In this document: positions 28,125 to 38,006 of the stretch, piece after piece | Layout of the letters: every line of letters starts with the position of its first letter | How positions within the stretch are numbered: the first letter of the stretch is position 1 | From: Candidatus Anderseniibacteriota bacterium | Lineage (GTDB): Bacteria > Patescibacteriota > JAUYIX01 | Direction of reading: 5' to 3' | Length of the DNA: 64,000 bases | Assembly: GCA_046350855.1 (NCBI GenBank) | Contig: JAXLZM010000002.1 | Location: forward strand, 78,103 to 142,102 | The notes under the pieces: model-generated | What the model was told of the DNA's origin: nothing | Seen by the model: the letters and a program-made list of their open reading frames with translations, nothing else | Database searches by the model: none | Program-made: the position numbers and the translations under genes

Positions 28125-29253
28125 CTACCTGATGCAGGACCCGCGCGGCCTCACTCAGCGTAAGTTGCAGCCGTACATGGGCCATGTGGCCGTTGTGTTT
28201 TTGGGCGCTGATGGGAGCGTGGGTCTCGAGTGTTGTGAGCACACGCTGGATGACCGTCTCGCGCGGCGAGACCAAAATCGCGCCGCTCGTACTACGCGCC
28301 AACTCGTAGACCACGGCAATGAGCTGGGCCTGCGAGGATTGAGTTAACACATCCCGCATCACCTCCACCAACTGATCCGGCTGCGTACGGGTCTCAGCAA
28401 AATCCACTTGTCTAATACTGGCAACCCAAACCCGCTCGAGCGGATCCGCACCAAGGCGCGAGAGCAGCCGACCCCACAGTTTAAGCACCGGCAAGGGTTT
28501 TGTCTTATACAAATGCTGAACCACGACATGCCGATTAGCCCCATGCTCGAGTAGTTCTGCCGCAAGATCAAACTCTTGGGGACTAGTCATGCCCCGCTGA
28601 AAACTCTGGCTCTCGGCAAAAACCCCCGTGAGGAGTGCCGTGGCGATAGTGGGAGTTAAAGCCGATGGTATATTCGAGAGCAAGGCGTGGGTGATCTCGG
28701 CACACGAGCGCGCCCCCGCTTGACCAAGGTGCACCGTCGCAAAAGATTCTGCATCGACCTGTGGGCTGATGGCAATAATCGGACGGCGATAAAATTGTTC
28801 AGTATTTTTGGTAAAGCGCGGCCCCAAGTCTTGTAGCCGACGTACCCCCAGCACCACGACCAGATCCGCACTCACGTTTGACGTTGTTTCAACTGCAACA
28901 CCGCTTGTCGTTAACGTATTTGGTTGGCTCGGTACCACGTGCACGCGTAGGCCTGTCTCGCTCCGCTCATACGACAACGCGGCCGTCGCTCCCGCGGCGA
29001 GCGGAATATCAATCGTCAAAGTCTGTGTGAGCTCCAGCTTGGTCTTAATCGCCCGCGCCCCCGCCAAAAAAGCCAGCGGAACGGTTGGTTCACGCTCCAG
29101 CACGATCGTTGCGGTGATACCGTGGGAGTCGAGTAGTTCTGCCAAGGCGCAGGCTGAGGCAATTGCATCGGTATCCTCACTCGAGCGCGGATATAAGACC
29201 ACCCGCTTGGCGTTTAACAGAAGTGTGCGAGCTGTCTCAAATGAGGTCGGCAT
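27988..29253 (-). CDS. DHH-family phosphoesterase (NrnA-like)
   Basis: 'VVLYPRSSEDTDAIASACALAELLDSHG' DHH-like N-terminus and DHHA1-like C-terminal region. The 3' end overlaps the PilB start by ~137 nt. Confidence 0.55.
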   Translation of the reverse strand: MPTSFETARTLLLNAKRVVLYPRSSEDTDAIASACALAELLDSHGITATIVLEREPTVPLAFLAGARAIKTKLELTQTLTIDIPLAAGATAALSYERSETGLRVHVVPSQPNTLTTSGVAVETTSNVSADLVVVLGVRRLQDLGPRFTKNTEQFYRRPIIAISPQVDAESFATVHLGQAGARSCAEITHALLSNIPSALTPTIATALLTGVFAESQSFQRGMTSPQEFDLAAELLEHGANRHVVVQHLYKTKPLPVLKLWGRLLSRLGADPLERVWVASIRQVDFAETRTQPDQLVEVMRDVLTQSSQAQLIAVVYELARSTSGAILVSPRETVIQRVLTTLETHAPISAQKHNGHMAHVRLQLTLSEAARVLHQVGEQITRPGYTEPRDGTRRQQSGQQRGDTALAAAGRPTQPQPKLAA

Positions 29254-29323
29254 AGGCCTACTAAATAGGACCCCAAACCGTAACGTGGCTGAGTTGTCCA
29301 GTCAAGCGTGCTAAAATCAGGCC

Positions 29324-30166
29324 ATGCAGTATCTCCAAGCCATCGTTTTGGGGGCGGTGCAAGGCCTGACCGAATTTTTGCCGATTTCGAGCGACGGACA
29401 TCTTTTTATCGTGCGGCAACTCTTTGGTTGGTCCGATCAAGGGCTACTCTTTGACGCAGTGCTCCACATCGGCACACTGCTCTCTATTATTATTGTGCTG
29501 TGGCGTGATCTGGCAGAACTGTTTGTCGGATTTTGGCAGGTCATCACGCGCCGGGAGTTGACTAAGACGCGCCAAGAGCGGCTCTTTGTTGCGGCCGTAG
29601 TGGCGACGATCCCCGCGGCGGTGGCTGGCTACTTTTTAGAGGACCTCTTTACGACCACCTACCGTAACGTGCTCTCGGTCGGGTTGTGGTTTGCGGCCTG
29701 TGGCGCCTTTTACCTCTTGGCCGAACAACTCGTCCGTAAAAAGCAACAGACTAAGCTCGAGCCAACCGTCCGTGACGCACTCGCGATCGGATTAGCGCAG
29801 GTGACGGCGCTGCTGCCTGGCGTGTCCCGCTCCGGCACGACCATCGCCACCGGGTCCTTAGTCGGACTAAAGCGCGAAGCCGCGGCGCGTTTTTCGTTTG
29901 TCATGGCGGCTCCAATTATTGCGGGGGCGTCTTTGCTCAGTTTGGTTCAGCTGCTAACGGGACATGCTGGTTCTGCCACGGCCCCCGTGACGCTCCGCGA
30001 TTGGCTCCCGCTCATCGTCGGGACCCTGGTCGCGTTGGTCGTCGGCGTTTTTGCGCTCAAGGGGTTACTGCAGATCGTTAAGCGGCGCGGCCTGCGTCTG
30101 TTTGGCGCCTACATGCTCACGTTAGGCGGCCTGATCGTCGCCTTGCATTTGTTTGGGATCTGGTAG
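29324..30166 (+). CDS. uppP: Undecaprenyl-diphosphatase UppP (BacA)
   Basis: 'AIVLGAVQGLTEFLPISSDGHL' and 'PGVSRSGTTI' conserved UppP motifs. Polytopic membrane protein. Confidence 0.85.
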   Translation: MQYLQAIVLGAVQGLTEFLPISSDGHLFIVRQLFGWSDQGLLFDAVLHIGTLLSIIIVLWRDLAELFVGFWQVITRRELTKTRQERLFVAAVVATIPAAVAGYFLEDLFTTTYRNVLSVGLWFAACGAFYLLAEQLVRKKQQTKLEPTVRDALAIGLAQVTALLPGVSRSGTTIATGSLVGLKREAAARFSFVMAAPIIAGASLLSLVQLLTGHAGSATAPVTLRDWLPLIVGTLVALVVGVFALKGLLQIVKRRGLRLFGAYMLTLGGLIVALHLFGIW

Positions 30167-30181
30167 AGCATCAAGCGTTCT

Positions 30182-30673
30182 ATGCGTTTGTATCTCCCGG
30201 ACGAACAGCACACCCACTCGCTCGGCCGCTGGTTGGCCAGTCGTGTCAGCGGTGGACACGTGCTCAGCTTGGAGGGTCCCCTCGGGGCCGGCAAAACCAC
30301 TTTGCTCCAAGGGCTCGCTCAGGGACTGGGGATCCCGGCTCGTTTGACCAGCCCCACCTTTATTGTATTTAGAGTTTTGCCGGTGACCCAGTCTGTCAAT
30401 CCGGGCTCCGGGATCGCGCAGCTTGTGCACGCCGACGCCTATCGCATCAAAAATCCGGCCGAACTAGTCGCCACCGGTTTTACCGAGTACGTGGGACGTC
30501 CCGATACCCTGACGGTGGTCGAGTGGGGGGACCGCGTCAAAAAACTGCTTCCACAAGACACGCTGCAGATCAAGTTGACGCGTGGTTCTGCAAAAAAAAG
30601 CACACGGTCGGGACGCCAAGTTGATCTACCGGCTGCACTCGGAAAACCACCCAAGGACTGGTATAAAAACTGA
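30182..30673 (+). CDS. tsaE: tRNA t6A biosynthesis ATPase TsaE (YjeE)
   Basis: P-loop 'LEGPLGAGKTTL' and 'SPTFIVF…HADAYR' motifs. Confidence 0.8.
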   Translation: MRLYLPDEQHTHSLGRWLASRVSGGHVLSLEGPLGAGKTTLLQGLAQGLGIPARLTSPTFIVFRVLPVTQSVNPGSGIAQLVHADAYRIKNPAELVATGFTEYVGRPDTLTVVEWGDRVKKLLPQDTLQIKLTRGSAKKSTRSGRQVDLPAALGKPPKDWYKN

Positions 30674-30674
30674 T

Positions 30675-33557
30675 ATGGCAACGCGTTCATCCGCCGCAAA
30701 AAAGCATCGCCTAGTGGTCTTTGATGGCAACTCGATCGTGCACCGGGCCTACCACGCTTTGCCGCCGACTTTGACCACGCGCGATGGGCGACCGGTCAAT
30801 GCGGTCTATGGATTTGTCTCGATCCTGCTCAAGGCCCTGGCCGACATCAAACCGCAATACGTAGTGGTGGCCTGGGATTATCCGGCCGAGACGTTTAGGC
30901 ACGCGTTATATGTCGAGTACAAGGCGACACGCCAAAAAGCGGATCCAGAATTGTACGCGCAGATTCCGATCGTCAAACAGGTCGTTGAGGCCATGAACAT
31001 TCCGTTACTGGAGGTCAAAGGCTACGAGGCGGACGATATTTTAGGCACTCTCGCGCACCAGGCCCACGAGTTTAAAGATGTTGAGACCGTATTGGTTACG
31101 GGAGACAAGGACGCCCTGCAATTGGTCGACAGCACAACTTGGGTCTACGCCATGAAGACCGGCATCAGCGAGGTGATCGAGTATGACCCAGCCAAAGTGC
31201 ACGAGAAGTTTGGGCTGTCTCCTGCGCAGTTGATCGAGTTTAAAGCCTTGCGCGGCGATCCTTCTGATAATATCCCGGGCGTAACTGGCGTCGGCGAAAA
31301 AACCGCCACTAAACTGATCCAAAATTTTGGTTCGATCGCGGTACTCTATACAGAGTTGGGTTCTGCCACCAAATCGGGCAAAAAAGAGCTGCTTAAGGGC
31401 GACCCCAAAACGACCGGCATTAAAATCTCCGGCAAACTCTTTGAGCGGTTGGTTCAACACCAAAAAGACGCCGAGCTTAGTCGCACCTTGGTCACCATCG
31501 ACACCAAAGCACCCGTCAAACTTAATCTACAGTTGGCCGAACTCGCCAACTACGATCATGACAAAGTCGTTACGCTTTTTGCTGAGTTGCAATTTAAGAC
31601 GTTGGTCAAGCGTTTACCAACCGCCGCACCGCGTGAGACTCAGTCACTTTTGAGCGTTGCACCGACCGGAGTCGCGCCCGGCGACAAACAAGCAAAGGGC
31701 CAGCGACCGAGCGACCAGGAAATCCAAGAAAAGTTAGAACGCTCGGGGTATGTGCTGGTCAATAACGAGACCAAGCTCAAGGCCATGATCGCTAAGCTCA
31801 GTAAGGTCAAGCGTTTTGCCTTTGATACCGAGACGACCATTCTTGGCCCAATGGGGTGCGAACTCGTCGGGCTCTCCTTTTGTGCAGCCGACGGCGAGGC
31901 CTTTTATGTCCCCGTCGGCCACGAACCGCATCTTGGTAAAACCTGCACGCGCACTCGTGCGCTGGAGTTGCTTAAAGTCCTGCTCGAGAACCCCAAGATC
32001 GGTAAAGTTGGTCACAATGCCAAGTACGACCTGGTCGTCCTCAAAAACTATGGCATTACAGTTGCTCCCGTCGTCTTTGACACCATGATCGCGAGCTACT
32101 TACTCGATCCCGGCCGCCGCCAAAATTCCCTCGACGCTCTGGCCTTTAACGAACTCGGCTACGAGATGATGCCGATCGAGGAGTGCATTGGGGTCGGGCG
32201 CAAGCAGTGCTCATTTAGCGAAGTGGACCTGCCGCGCGCCACGTTTTACGCTGCCGAGGATGCCGATTACACCTGGCGTCTCCTTGCTCCCCTTGAGAAA
32301 AAAATTAAAGCCAGCCCCGGCGCACAAAAAGTCTTCCAAGAAATCGAAGTTCCGCTGATCCCGGTCCTGGTGGATATGGAATTCCGCGGGGTCAAAGTCG
32401 ATACCAAAGTCTTGGTTGAGCTCGCCAAGCGCTACTCCAAGCGCGTCGTAGAAATCCGCAAGCAGATTTATAAGCACGCTAAGGGCGAGTTCAATATAAG
32501 TTCACCCAATCAATTGCAAGAGGTGCTGTTTGAACGACTCGCCATCCCAACCTTAGAAATCAAACGCACCAAGACCGGCTACTCGACCGCCGCCAGCGAG
32601 CTCGAGAAATTACGCGGTAAGCACCCCATCGTCGACCTGATCAGTGAGTACCGCGAGCTCACCAAATTGATCTCGACCTACCTTGAGGCCTTGCCCGAGC
32701 TGGTCGAACCCGGCACCGGTCGCGTCCATACCAGTTACAACCAGACTATCGCGGCGACCGGGCGGCTCTCCTCGACCGACCCCAACTTGCAAAATATTCC
32801 AGTGCGTACCGAGGTCGGTAACGAAATCCGCAAAGCTTTTGTGCCGGAGAAGGGCAACACCCTCGTGGCCTTGGACTACTCGCAGATCGAACTACGCATC
32901 GCCGCGCACTTTAGTCAGGACCCGGCGCTCATTAAGGCCTTTACCTCCGGGCAAGATATTCATGCCGCCACCGCCTCGCGCGTCCTCAAAAAACCCATGG
33001 ACAAAATTACTAAAGCGGAGCGTTCTGCCGCCAAAATGATGAACTTCGGAGTAATTTACGGGCTCTCAGCCTTTGGGTTGTCGCAGCGCTCGGGCATGTC
33101 GCGCGACGAAGCCCACGATTTTATCGAAAACTATTTTGCGAGCTACCCCAAGCTCAAAGAGTACATCGACGGCATGACCGAACAGGTTCGCAAGACCGGC
33201 TACGTCGAGACACTCTTTGGGCGTCGCCGCTACTTACCTGAGGTGCGCTCACAAAACTGGCAGGTGCGGGCCGGGGCGGAGCGAGCGGCCACCAACCATC
33301 CCTTTCAGGGGACCAACGCGGACATTATCAAAAAAGCTATGATCACGATTCATGCCAAAGTGCCTGGCGCTGACAAGTTGCTCCTTATGCAGGTGCACGA
33401 CGAGTTGATTTTTGAGATTCCAACCAAGGACGTCAAAAAAGTCGCGGACGCCTGCAAAAAAATTATGGAGACCGTCACTAAGCTGCGCGTCCCAATCGTG
33501 GTTGATATCAGTACGGGTTCTAACTGGGGTGAACTTGAAAAACTCAAAAAAGACTAG
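30675..33557 (+). CDS. polA: DNA polymerase I
   Basis: 5'-3' exo 'LVVFDGNSIVHRAYHA…GYEADDILGT'. 3'-5' exo 'FAFDTETT'. Pol motifs 'RRSAKMMNFGVIYG' and 'QVHDELIFE'. ATG at 30675 lies just after the tsaE stop. Confidence 0.9.
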   Translation: MATRSSAAKKHRLVVFDGNSIVHRAYHALPPTLTTRDGRPVNAVYGFVSILLKALADIKPQYVVVAWDYPAETFRHALYVEYKATRQKADPELYAQIPIVKQVVEAMNIPLLEVKGYEADDILGTLAHQAHEFKDVETVLVTGDKDALQLVDSTTWVYAMKTGISEVIEYDPAKVHEKFGLSPAQLIEFKALRGDPSDNIPGVTGVGEKTATKLIQNFGSIAVLYTELGSATKSGKKELLKGDPKTTGIKISGKLFERLVQHQKDAELSRTLVTIDTKAPVKLNLQLAELANYDHDKVVTLFAELQFKTLVKRLPTAAPRETQSLLSVAPTGVAPGDKQAKGQRPSDQEIQEKLERSGYVLVNNETKLKAMIAKLSKVKRFAFDTETTILGPMGCELVGLSFCAADGEAFYVPVGHEPHLGKTCTRTRALELLKVLLENPKIGKVGHNAKYDLVVLKNYGITVAPVVFDTMIASYLLDPGRRQNSLDALAFNELGYEMMPIEECIGVGRKQCSFSEVDLPRATFYAAEDADYTWRLLAPLEKKIKASPGAQKVFQEIEVPLIPVLVDMEFRGVKVDTKVLVELAKRYSKRVVEIRKQIYKHAKGEFNISSPNQLQEVLFERLAIPTLEIKRTKTGYSTAASELEKLRGKHPIVDLISEYRELTKLISTYLEALPELVEPGTGRVHTSYNQTIAATGRLSSTDPNLQNIPVRTEVGNEIRKAFVPEKGNTLVALDYSQIELRIAAHFSQDPALIKAFTSGQDIHAATASRVLKKPMDKITKAERSAAKMMNFGVIYGLSAFGLSQRSGMSRDEAHDFIENYFASYPKLKEYIDGMTEQVRKTGYVETLFGRRRYLPEVRSQNWQVRAGAERAATNHPFQGTNADIIKKAMITIHAKVPGADKLLLMQVHDELIFEIPTKDVKKVADACKKIMETVTKLRVPIVVDISTGSNWGELEKLKKD

Positions 33558-33570
33558 CGATGCGCACGAT

Positions 33571-34155
33571 ATGAGCCCAACACATCTCGAGCGTGCGGTC
33601 TCGTTACTACAATCCGGAGAGGTACTGGCGGTGGCAACCGACACCGTTTTTGGTTTGATGTGTGATCCATGCAACCAAGCGGCCGTCGACAAGATCTTTA
33701 CCCTCAAAGGGCGAGATTTTACTAAACCGTTGCAAGTTTTGGCGGTCGATCGTAAGCAAGCACAAGACTTGATCGAGATCCCCGAGCATGCCGTCGAGCT
33801 AACCCATGAATGGCCAGGTGCCCTGACCTTGGTGGCAAAAGCAAAAGTGCAGCTTGCAAAGCGAGTTGGCAAAGAGAATACGCTCGGCGTGCGTGTTCCG
33901 ACGGGTGCGACTATTACGGCTTTGTTGCAGGCTTTTGGTCCGGTGGCTGCAACTAGCGCCAACCCTTCTGGCCAGTCACCTGCCACGACCAAAGCGCAGG
34001 TCGCGGCCTATTTTGGAGATACCATTCCGCTCATCCTGGGCGAGGATCGTGAGGTAGCCAGTGGTTCTGCCTCAAAAGTGGTCGACGTCACGCACCAGCC
34101 TCATGTAGTATTGCGCCAACCCTCAAATCCCAATGCCAGAACTACCCGAAGTTGA
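33571..34155 (+). CDS. tsaC: L-threonylcarbamoyladenylate synthase (TsaC/YrdC/Sua5 family)
   Basis: 'GEVLAVATDTVFGLMCD', 'KGRDFTKPLQVL', 'TSANPSG' YrdC motifs. Confidence 0.8.
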   Translation: MSPTHLERAVSLLQSGEVLAVATDTVFGLMCDPCNQAAVDKIFTLKGRDFTKPLQVLAVDRKQAQDLIEIPEHAVELTHEWPGALTLVAKAKVQLAKRVGKENTLGVRVPTGATITALLQAFGPVAATSANPSGQSPATTKAQVAAYFGDTIPLILGEDREVASGSASKVVDVTHQPHVVLRQPSNPNARTTRS

Positions 34156-35014
34156 ATCCCAGGCGCGCGATGTTAAGCACTGGGTCGTAGGCCGACCGAT
34201 TCAGGAAGTCTGGGTCGGTAACAAAAAAACCGTGGCGACGCCGGGCGTGCCACAATTTATCAAGCAGCTCAAGGGTCGACGGTTTAAAAAAGTCTCGCGG
34301 CGCGGCAAATTCATCCTGATGGAGCTCGATGGCGGGTTAACGCTTGTCTCGCACTTTAGGATGACTGGACATTTTAGACTGGCGTCCCTTACCAAGTCTA
34401 AGTCGGCGCGCGAGTGGTATATCTATCCGCCCGATCGGTTCAGCCGAGTGGCGTTTAAATTGGATCGCGGGGATGTGTTGCACTATACCGACATCCGTAA
34501 GTTTGGACGGCTGTGGTTGGTGCCGACCAAAAAAGTGCAGCAGTTACCTGAGTTGGCAGAACTCGGACCTGAGCCACTCGACAAGAGCTTTACCCCCGAT
34601 AAATTTGCTACCTGCGTGCGCCGTTTTAGTGGCATGATTAAACCGGTGTTACTCAATCAATCATGTGTGGCCGGCATCGGCAATATTTATGCGGACGAGA
34701 GTTTGTTTGACGCGGCGATTCATCCTAAAACGCGCGTACAAAAATTGTCGGATGAGCAGCTGCATGAACTCGTCAAGATGGTAATCGCCAATTTGGGAGC
34801 GGCGGTTAAGCACCGGGGTTCGAGTGTAGGGGAGTTCACCAACATTAAGGGCGACGCGGGCAAACACGGTTTGTATCTGCGGGTCTACCAACAAACTGGC
34901 GAAAAATGTCAGCGCCGACGTAACGGCAAGCCCTGTGGTGGCGTGGTTAAGCGCATCGTGGTTGGACAGCGCGGTACCCACATCTGTCCGGTCTGCCAAA
35001 AAGTCAAAAGATAG
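34133..35014 (+). CDS. mutM: Formamidopyrimidine-DNA glycosylase
   Basis: N-terminal 'MPELPEVE', H2TH region, C-terminal zinc finger 'CQRRRNGKPCGG…CPVCQ'. Confidence 0.85.
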   Translation: MPELPEVESQARDVKHWVVGRPIQEVWVGNKKTVATPGVPQFIKQLKGRRFKKVSRRGKFILMELDGGLTLVSHFRMTGHFRLASLTKSKSAREWYIYPPDRFSRVAFKLDRGDVLHYTDIRKFGRLWLVPTKKVQQLPELAELGPEPLDKSFTPDKFATCVRRFSGMIKPVLLNQSCVAGIGNIYADESLFDAAIHPKTRVQKLSDEQLHELVKMVIANLGAAVKHRGSSVGEFTNIKGDAGKHGLYLRVYQQTGEKCQRRRNGKPCGGVVKRIVVGQRGTHICPVCQKVKR

Positions 35015-35064
35015 GGCGCGGACAGGCGCTAGACAAGTACGTCGCGGCGCGCCAGAGTACAGCT

Positions 35065-36042
35065 ATGATTATTCTGCTTTCGAGCCAATCCTACCGGTTG
35101 CTACAAGAACAGCTCGCGCAGCTGGTCGGCAGCTTTAAGCAAAAAGCTGGGGCAGGGGCTAGTCTCGAAGAAATCATCGCGACCTCGTCTATGACCGCCA
35201 AAGAAATCTGGTCGCGCCTTGGGACGGGCTCACTTTTTGCAAGCAAGCGCTTGGTGCTGGTACGGGATGCATTGGACTCGTTGCGTTCTACCGAGTCAAA
35301 GTCTCTGGCAGAACTACTCAAAAAACGCGAACTACCTGCAGGTACGACCCTTGTGCTACTGGCCCACGAGCCGCTACCACCCATGACTAAAAATCCGCTC
35401 TACGCTTTTTGTAAAAAGACCAAAGCCGTCCGAAAAATTAGTGTTGCGATCCCCGAGGGCCCGAGCATGGTCAAGGCCTTGGGAGCACGCGCACAAAAAC
35501 TGGGCGTGAATTTGCCCGCCGCCGCGGCTCGCGAACTACTCGACCGTGCGGCCGACTTTGATCAGGCTCTCAACGAGCTGGATAAACTCGCTCTCTACGC
35601 ACTCTCACAAAAAAATAAAACGATTACGTTGGGTGATATCCAGGCCATGACCACGACTACGCTTGAAGCTGACATTTTTGCCATGCTACGAGCACTTTCT
35701 GCGGGGCAGCGCGCGCAAGCCCTGCGCTTACTCCATCGCGAACTCGCGGCGGGTGCCCATCCGCTCTACATTTTAGCCATGTTGCGCTACCAGTTTAGGT
35801 CCCTCATCTTGGTGGCTGAGAGCGACGACGGTATGCAAGCTCCGCGGGTAATGCAACAGCGTACCGGTCTTTCTCCCTTTGTGATTCGCTCTATGCAACA
35901 GACGTTGCGCGCTGGTCGTTATTCTACAGGCTCAATCAAAGCCATTTTTAATAAGCTCGTCGATGCGGACGAGGCTATCAAAACCAGCGCTATCGATGGG
36001 GACGTCGCGCTTGATCTGCTGGTGCTCGCGATGAGTCGCTAG
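35065..36042 (+). CDS. holA: DNA polymerase III delta subunit-like (HolA)
   Basis: ~325 aa. Overall helical pattern and C-terminal domain '…ADIFAMLRALSAGQRAQALRLLHRELAAGAHPLYILAMLRYQFRSL' resemble HolA. Confidence 0.55.
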   Translation: MIILLSSQSYRLLQEQLAQLVGSFKQKAGAGASLEEIIATSSMTAKEIWSRLGTGSLFASKRLVLVRDALDSLRSTESKSLAELLKKRELPAGTTLVLLAHEPLPPMTKNPLYAFCKKTKAVRKISVAIPEGPSMVKALGARAQKLGVNLPAAAARELLDRAADFDQALNELDKLALYALSQKNKTITLGDIQAMTTTTLEADIFAMLRALSAGQRAQALRLLHRELAAGAHPLYILAMLRYQFRSLILVAESDDGMQAPRVMQQRTGLSPFVIRSMQQTLRAGRYSTGSIKAIFNKLVDADEAIKTSAIDGDVALDLLVLAMSR

Positions 36043-36055
36043 TCGGCTGAACCGC

Positions 36056-36334
36056 TTATGTAGTAGCCGCTTTGGCTAACTTGTTGACCGCATTGGTCAG
36101 GCGTGACTTGTATCGTGCGGCCGTCCGAGCATGCACCACGCCAGCCTTGACGGCGCGATCCAACTGCGAGGCCATTTTTTTGAGTGACTCACGCGCCTCG
36201 GGAGCTTTACCCGCGGCCACGGCCTTACGCGTTACCGAAATCGCCTTCCGAACCGTGCGTCGGACTTGGGCGTTGCGTGTAGCACGGCGTTTGGTTACGC
36301 GGAGCGCTTTGATACCTGCATGTCGACGAATCAT
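36056..36334 (-). CDS. rpsT: 30S ribosomal protein bS20
   Basis: 'IKALRVTKRRATRNAQVRRTVRKAI…ARESLKKMASQLDRAVKAGVVH…AARYKSRL' is typical bS20. Confidence 0.85.
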   Translation of the reverse strand: MIRRHAGIKALRVTKRRATRNAQVRRTVRKAISVTRKAVAAGKAPEARESLKKMASQLDRAVKAGVVHARTAARYKSRLTNAVNKLAKAATT

Positions 36335-36351
36335 ATGTGCGCGCTAGCCTA

Positions 36352-37254
36352 TCAGCGGGCCAACGACCTGTCAAAGAGTTTTTTCAGTTTAAAGGTCTCG
36401 CTGACCCGATCTAACGAGACCAGCATCTGTAACTCGCCACGCCGCGTCACGATTGCCACCTCGTTCTGCTTTGTTTTTTGGGAGAACCCCTTGGCCGAAA
36501 TCGTCTGCCCATTGGCAAGTCGCGCCAGTTCTGCCGCTGACGGAATCAAATGGATCAGGTGCTCGACCGCGATCTCAAGCGGCAAGAGCAACCCTGACAA
36601 ACGCTCTGCCGTAATGTCGTTGAGCTCGTAGGCATCTGCTAGGTTGATCGTTCCGCTGCGAGTGCGCTTGAGGGAGGCCAGGTACCCACCCGTGCCGAGG
36701 TCGGCCCCAAGGTCACGCGCAATGGCTCGGATATAGGTGCCCGAGCTGACTCGAGTCTCGATCTGGAGAGTGGGGTACTGGTAGGAGAGTAAGGTGAGCT
36801 CGTGCACCGTGACCGGGCGCGGTTTGCGCTCGACCGCCACCCCGCGTCGAGCCAAGTCGTACATGCGTCGGCCTTGGACTTTGAGTGCTGAGTAAGCTGG
36901 CGGAACCTGCTGGATCGGGCCGGTCAAACGCGCCAAGGCCAGACGGACCGCTGGTTCTGCCGGAGGAGTGCTCACGGTTTGCGGCGTTTTATGTCCGTCC
37001 TGGTCGTCGGTATCGCTGGTCACACCAAGCTGTATCTGGCCTCGGTACGTTTTGTCACGACCCTGCAGATACTCGACCAGGCGGGTGGCTTGATTGATCG
37101 CAATTACGAGTAGCCCGGTCGCAAAGGGATCGAGAGTGCCGGCATGGCCGATCTTGTCGATTTTGGTAATCGAGCGTACCTTAGCGACTACGTCAAACGA
37201 CGTCCACTTTTTGGGTTTGTTGATTGCCAAAAAACCACTCGGTGCCGCAGGCAT
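36352..37254 (-). CDS. truB: tRNA pseudouridine(55) synthase TruB
   Basis: 'GFLAINKPKKWTSFDVV…GHAGTLDPFATGLLVIAI' with the catalytic Asp motif. The ORF as called extends to 37272. Confidence 0.85.
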   Translation of the reverse strand: MPAAPSGFLAINKPKKWTSFDVVAKVRSITKIDKIGHAGTLDPFATGLLVIAINQATRLVEYLQGRDKTYRGQIQLGVTSDTDDQDGHKTPQTVSTPPAEPAVRLALARLTGPIQQVPPAYSALKVQGRRMYDLARRGVAVERKPRPVTVHELTLLSYQYPTLQIETRVSSGTYIRAIARDLGADLGTGGYLASLKRTRSGTINLADAYELNDITAERLSGLLLPLEIAVEHLIHLIPSAAELARLANGQTISAKGFSQKTKQNEVAIVTRRGELQMLVSLDRVSETFKLKKLFDRSLAR

Positions 37255-37328
37255 ACAGCAATTGTGCCTCAAGCGCGAGAGGGTTCCAAATCTCGAGTGC
37301 TGACGTGAGTGTCAGCCAGGGAGGTACC

Positions 37329-37529
37329 GTGCCCGTAGAGTTGCATACGCTTTTTCGCCACATGATGGCAGAACTGCTCGGCGTCAAACCAGAAGAGGTC
37401 CCCGATCGGTGCATGGCAACGTTTTCGGAGGAACGCTACCGTGAGTCCTTACACAAGCAAGGTCTCGAGCCGCCCTCACCGGAGACTTTGAGCGCCTGGA
37501 TCGAGGCTCGTAAAAAGGTTGGTACGTGA
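37329..37529 (+). CDS. Small hypothetical protein (paralog 1 of a 'GV[KR]PEE[VI]' pair)
   Basis: RBS 'gggagg' 5 nt before GTG 37329. Shares 'ELLGVKPEEVPDR…ERYRE' with the next ORF. Confidence 0.35.
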   Translation: MPVELHTLFRHMMAELLGVKPEEVPDRCMATFSEERYRESLHKQGLEPPSPETLSAWIEARKKVGT

Positions 37530-37576
37530 CATGCTGATGTCTCGCTCTGCTACTATGTCAGTGTTGGGGGTGCAGA

Positions 37577-37825
37577 ATGGCACGAGAAAGTCTCTCCGAG
37601 TTCTTTAACCGTCACATAGCTGCAGCCGAAGGGGTTCGTCCAGAAGAGATAACGTCCGAGTACATCCAACGTCGGCGACGCGAGATTTACCAGGACAGTC
37701 GGGAACTCCTAACGCCCGATCCGCTGACCGGACAATTCAGGGCTATGACTCGAGCCGAGCGTGACCAAGCCCTACGTGAGTGGGAGCTCCTCTCCAAGAA
37801 TCTCCAGGAGCTACGACTCTCATGA
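37577..37825 (+). CDS. Small hypothetical protein (paralog 2)
   Basis: 'AAAEGVRPEEITSEYIQRRRREIYQD' motif shared with the 37329 ORF. Its stop overlaps the next start (ATGA). Confidence 0.35.
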   Translation: MARESLSEFFNRHIAAAEGVRPEEITSEYIQRRRREIYQDSRELLTPDPLTGQFRAMTRAERDQALREWELLSKNLQELRLS

Positions 37826-37974
37826 CGGAGGCAATCCGCTCGTGGATCAGTACGGTTGCGTTTTGGGTACTACTGGTCACCTTCGTGTGGATTGCGTTCC
37901 AGATCTGGACTCAAGACGTGTACAAGCCCGAAAAGCCTTCGGCTCCACCACCAAAGACCAAACCTGATGCCTAA
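37822..37974 (+). CDS. Small single-TM membrane peptide, translationally coupled
   Basis: ATG 37822 overlaps TGA 37823–37825. Product 'MTEAIRSWISTVAFWVLLVTFVWIAFQIWTQDVYKPEKPSAPPPKTKPDA'. Confidence 0.35.
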   Translation: MTEAIRSWISTVAFWVLLVTFVWIAFQIWTQDVYKPEKPSAPPPKTKPDA

Positions 37975-38006
37975 CCGCCTCGCTTTGTAAGCCTGGCGGT
38001 TCTTTT

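Noticed and set aside
33249-33992. 247-aa minus-strand ORF spanning the polA 3' end and tsaC
   Set aside because: It is antisense to two well-supported genes and low-complexity.
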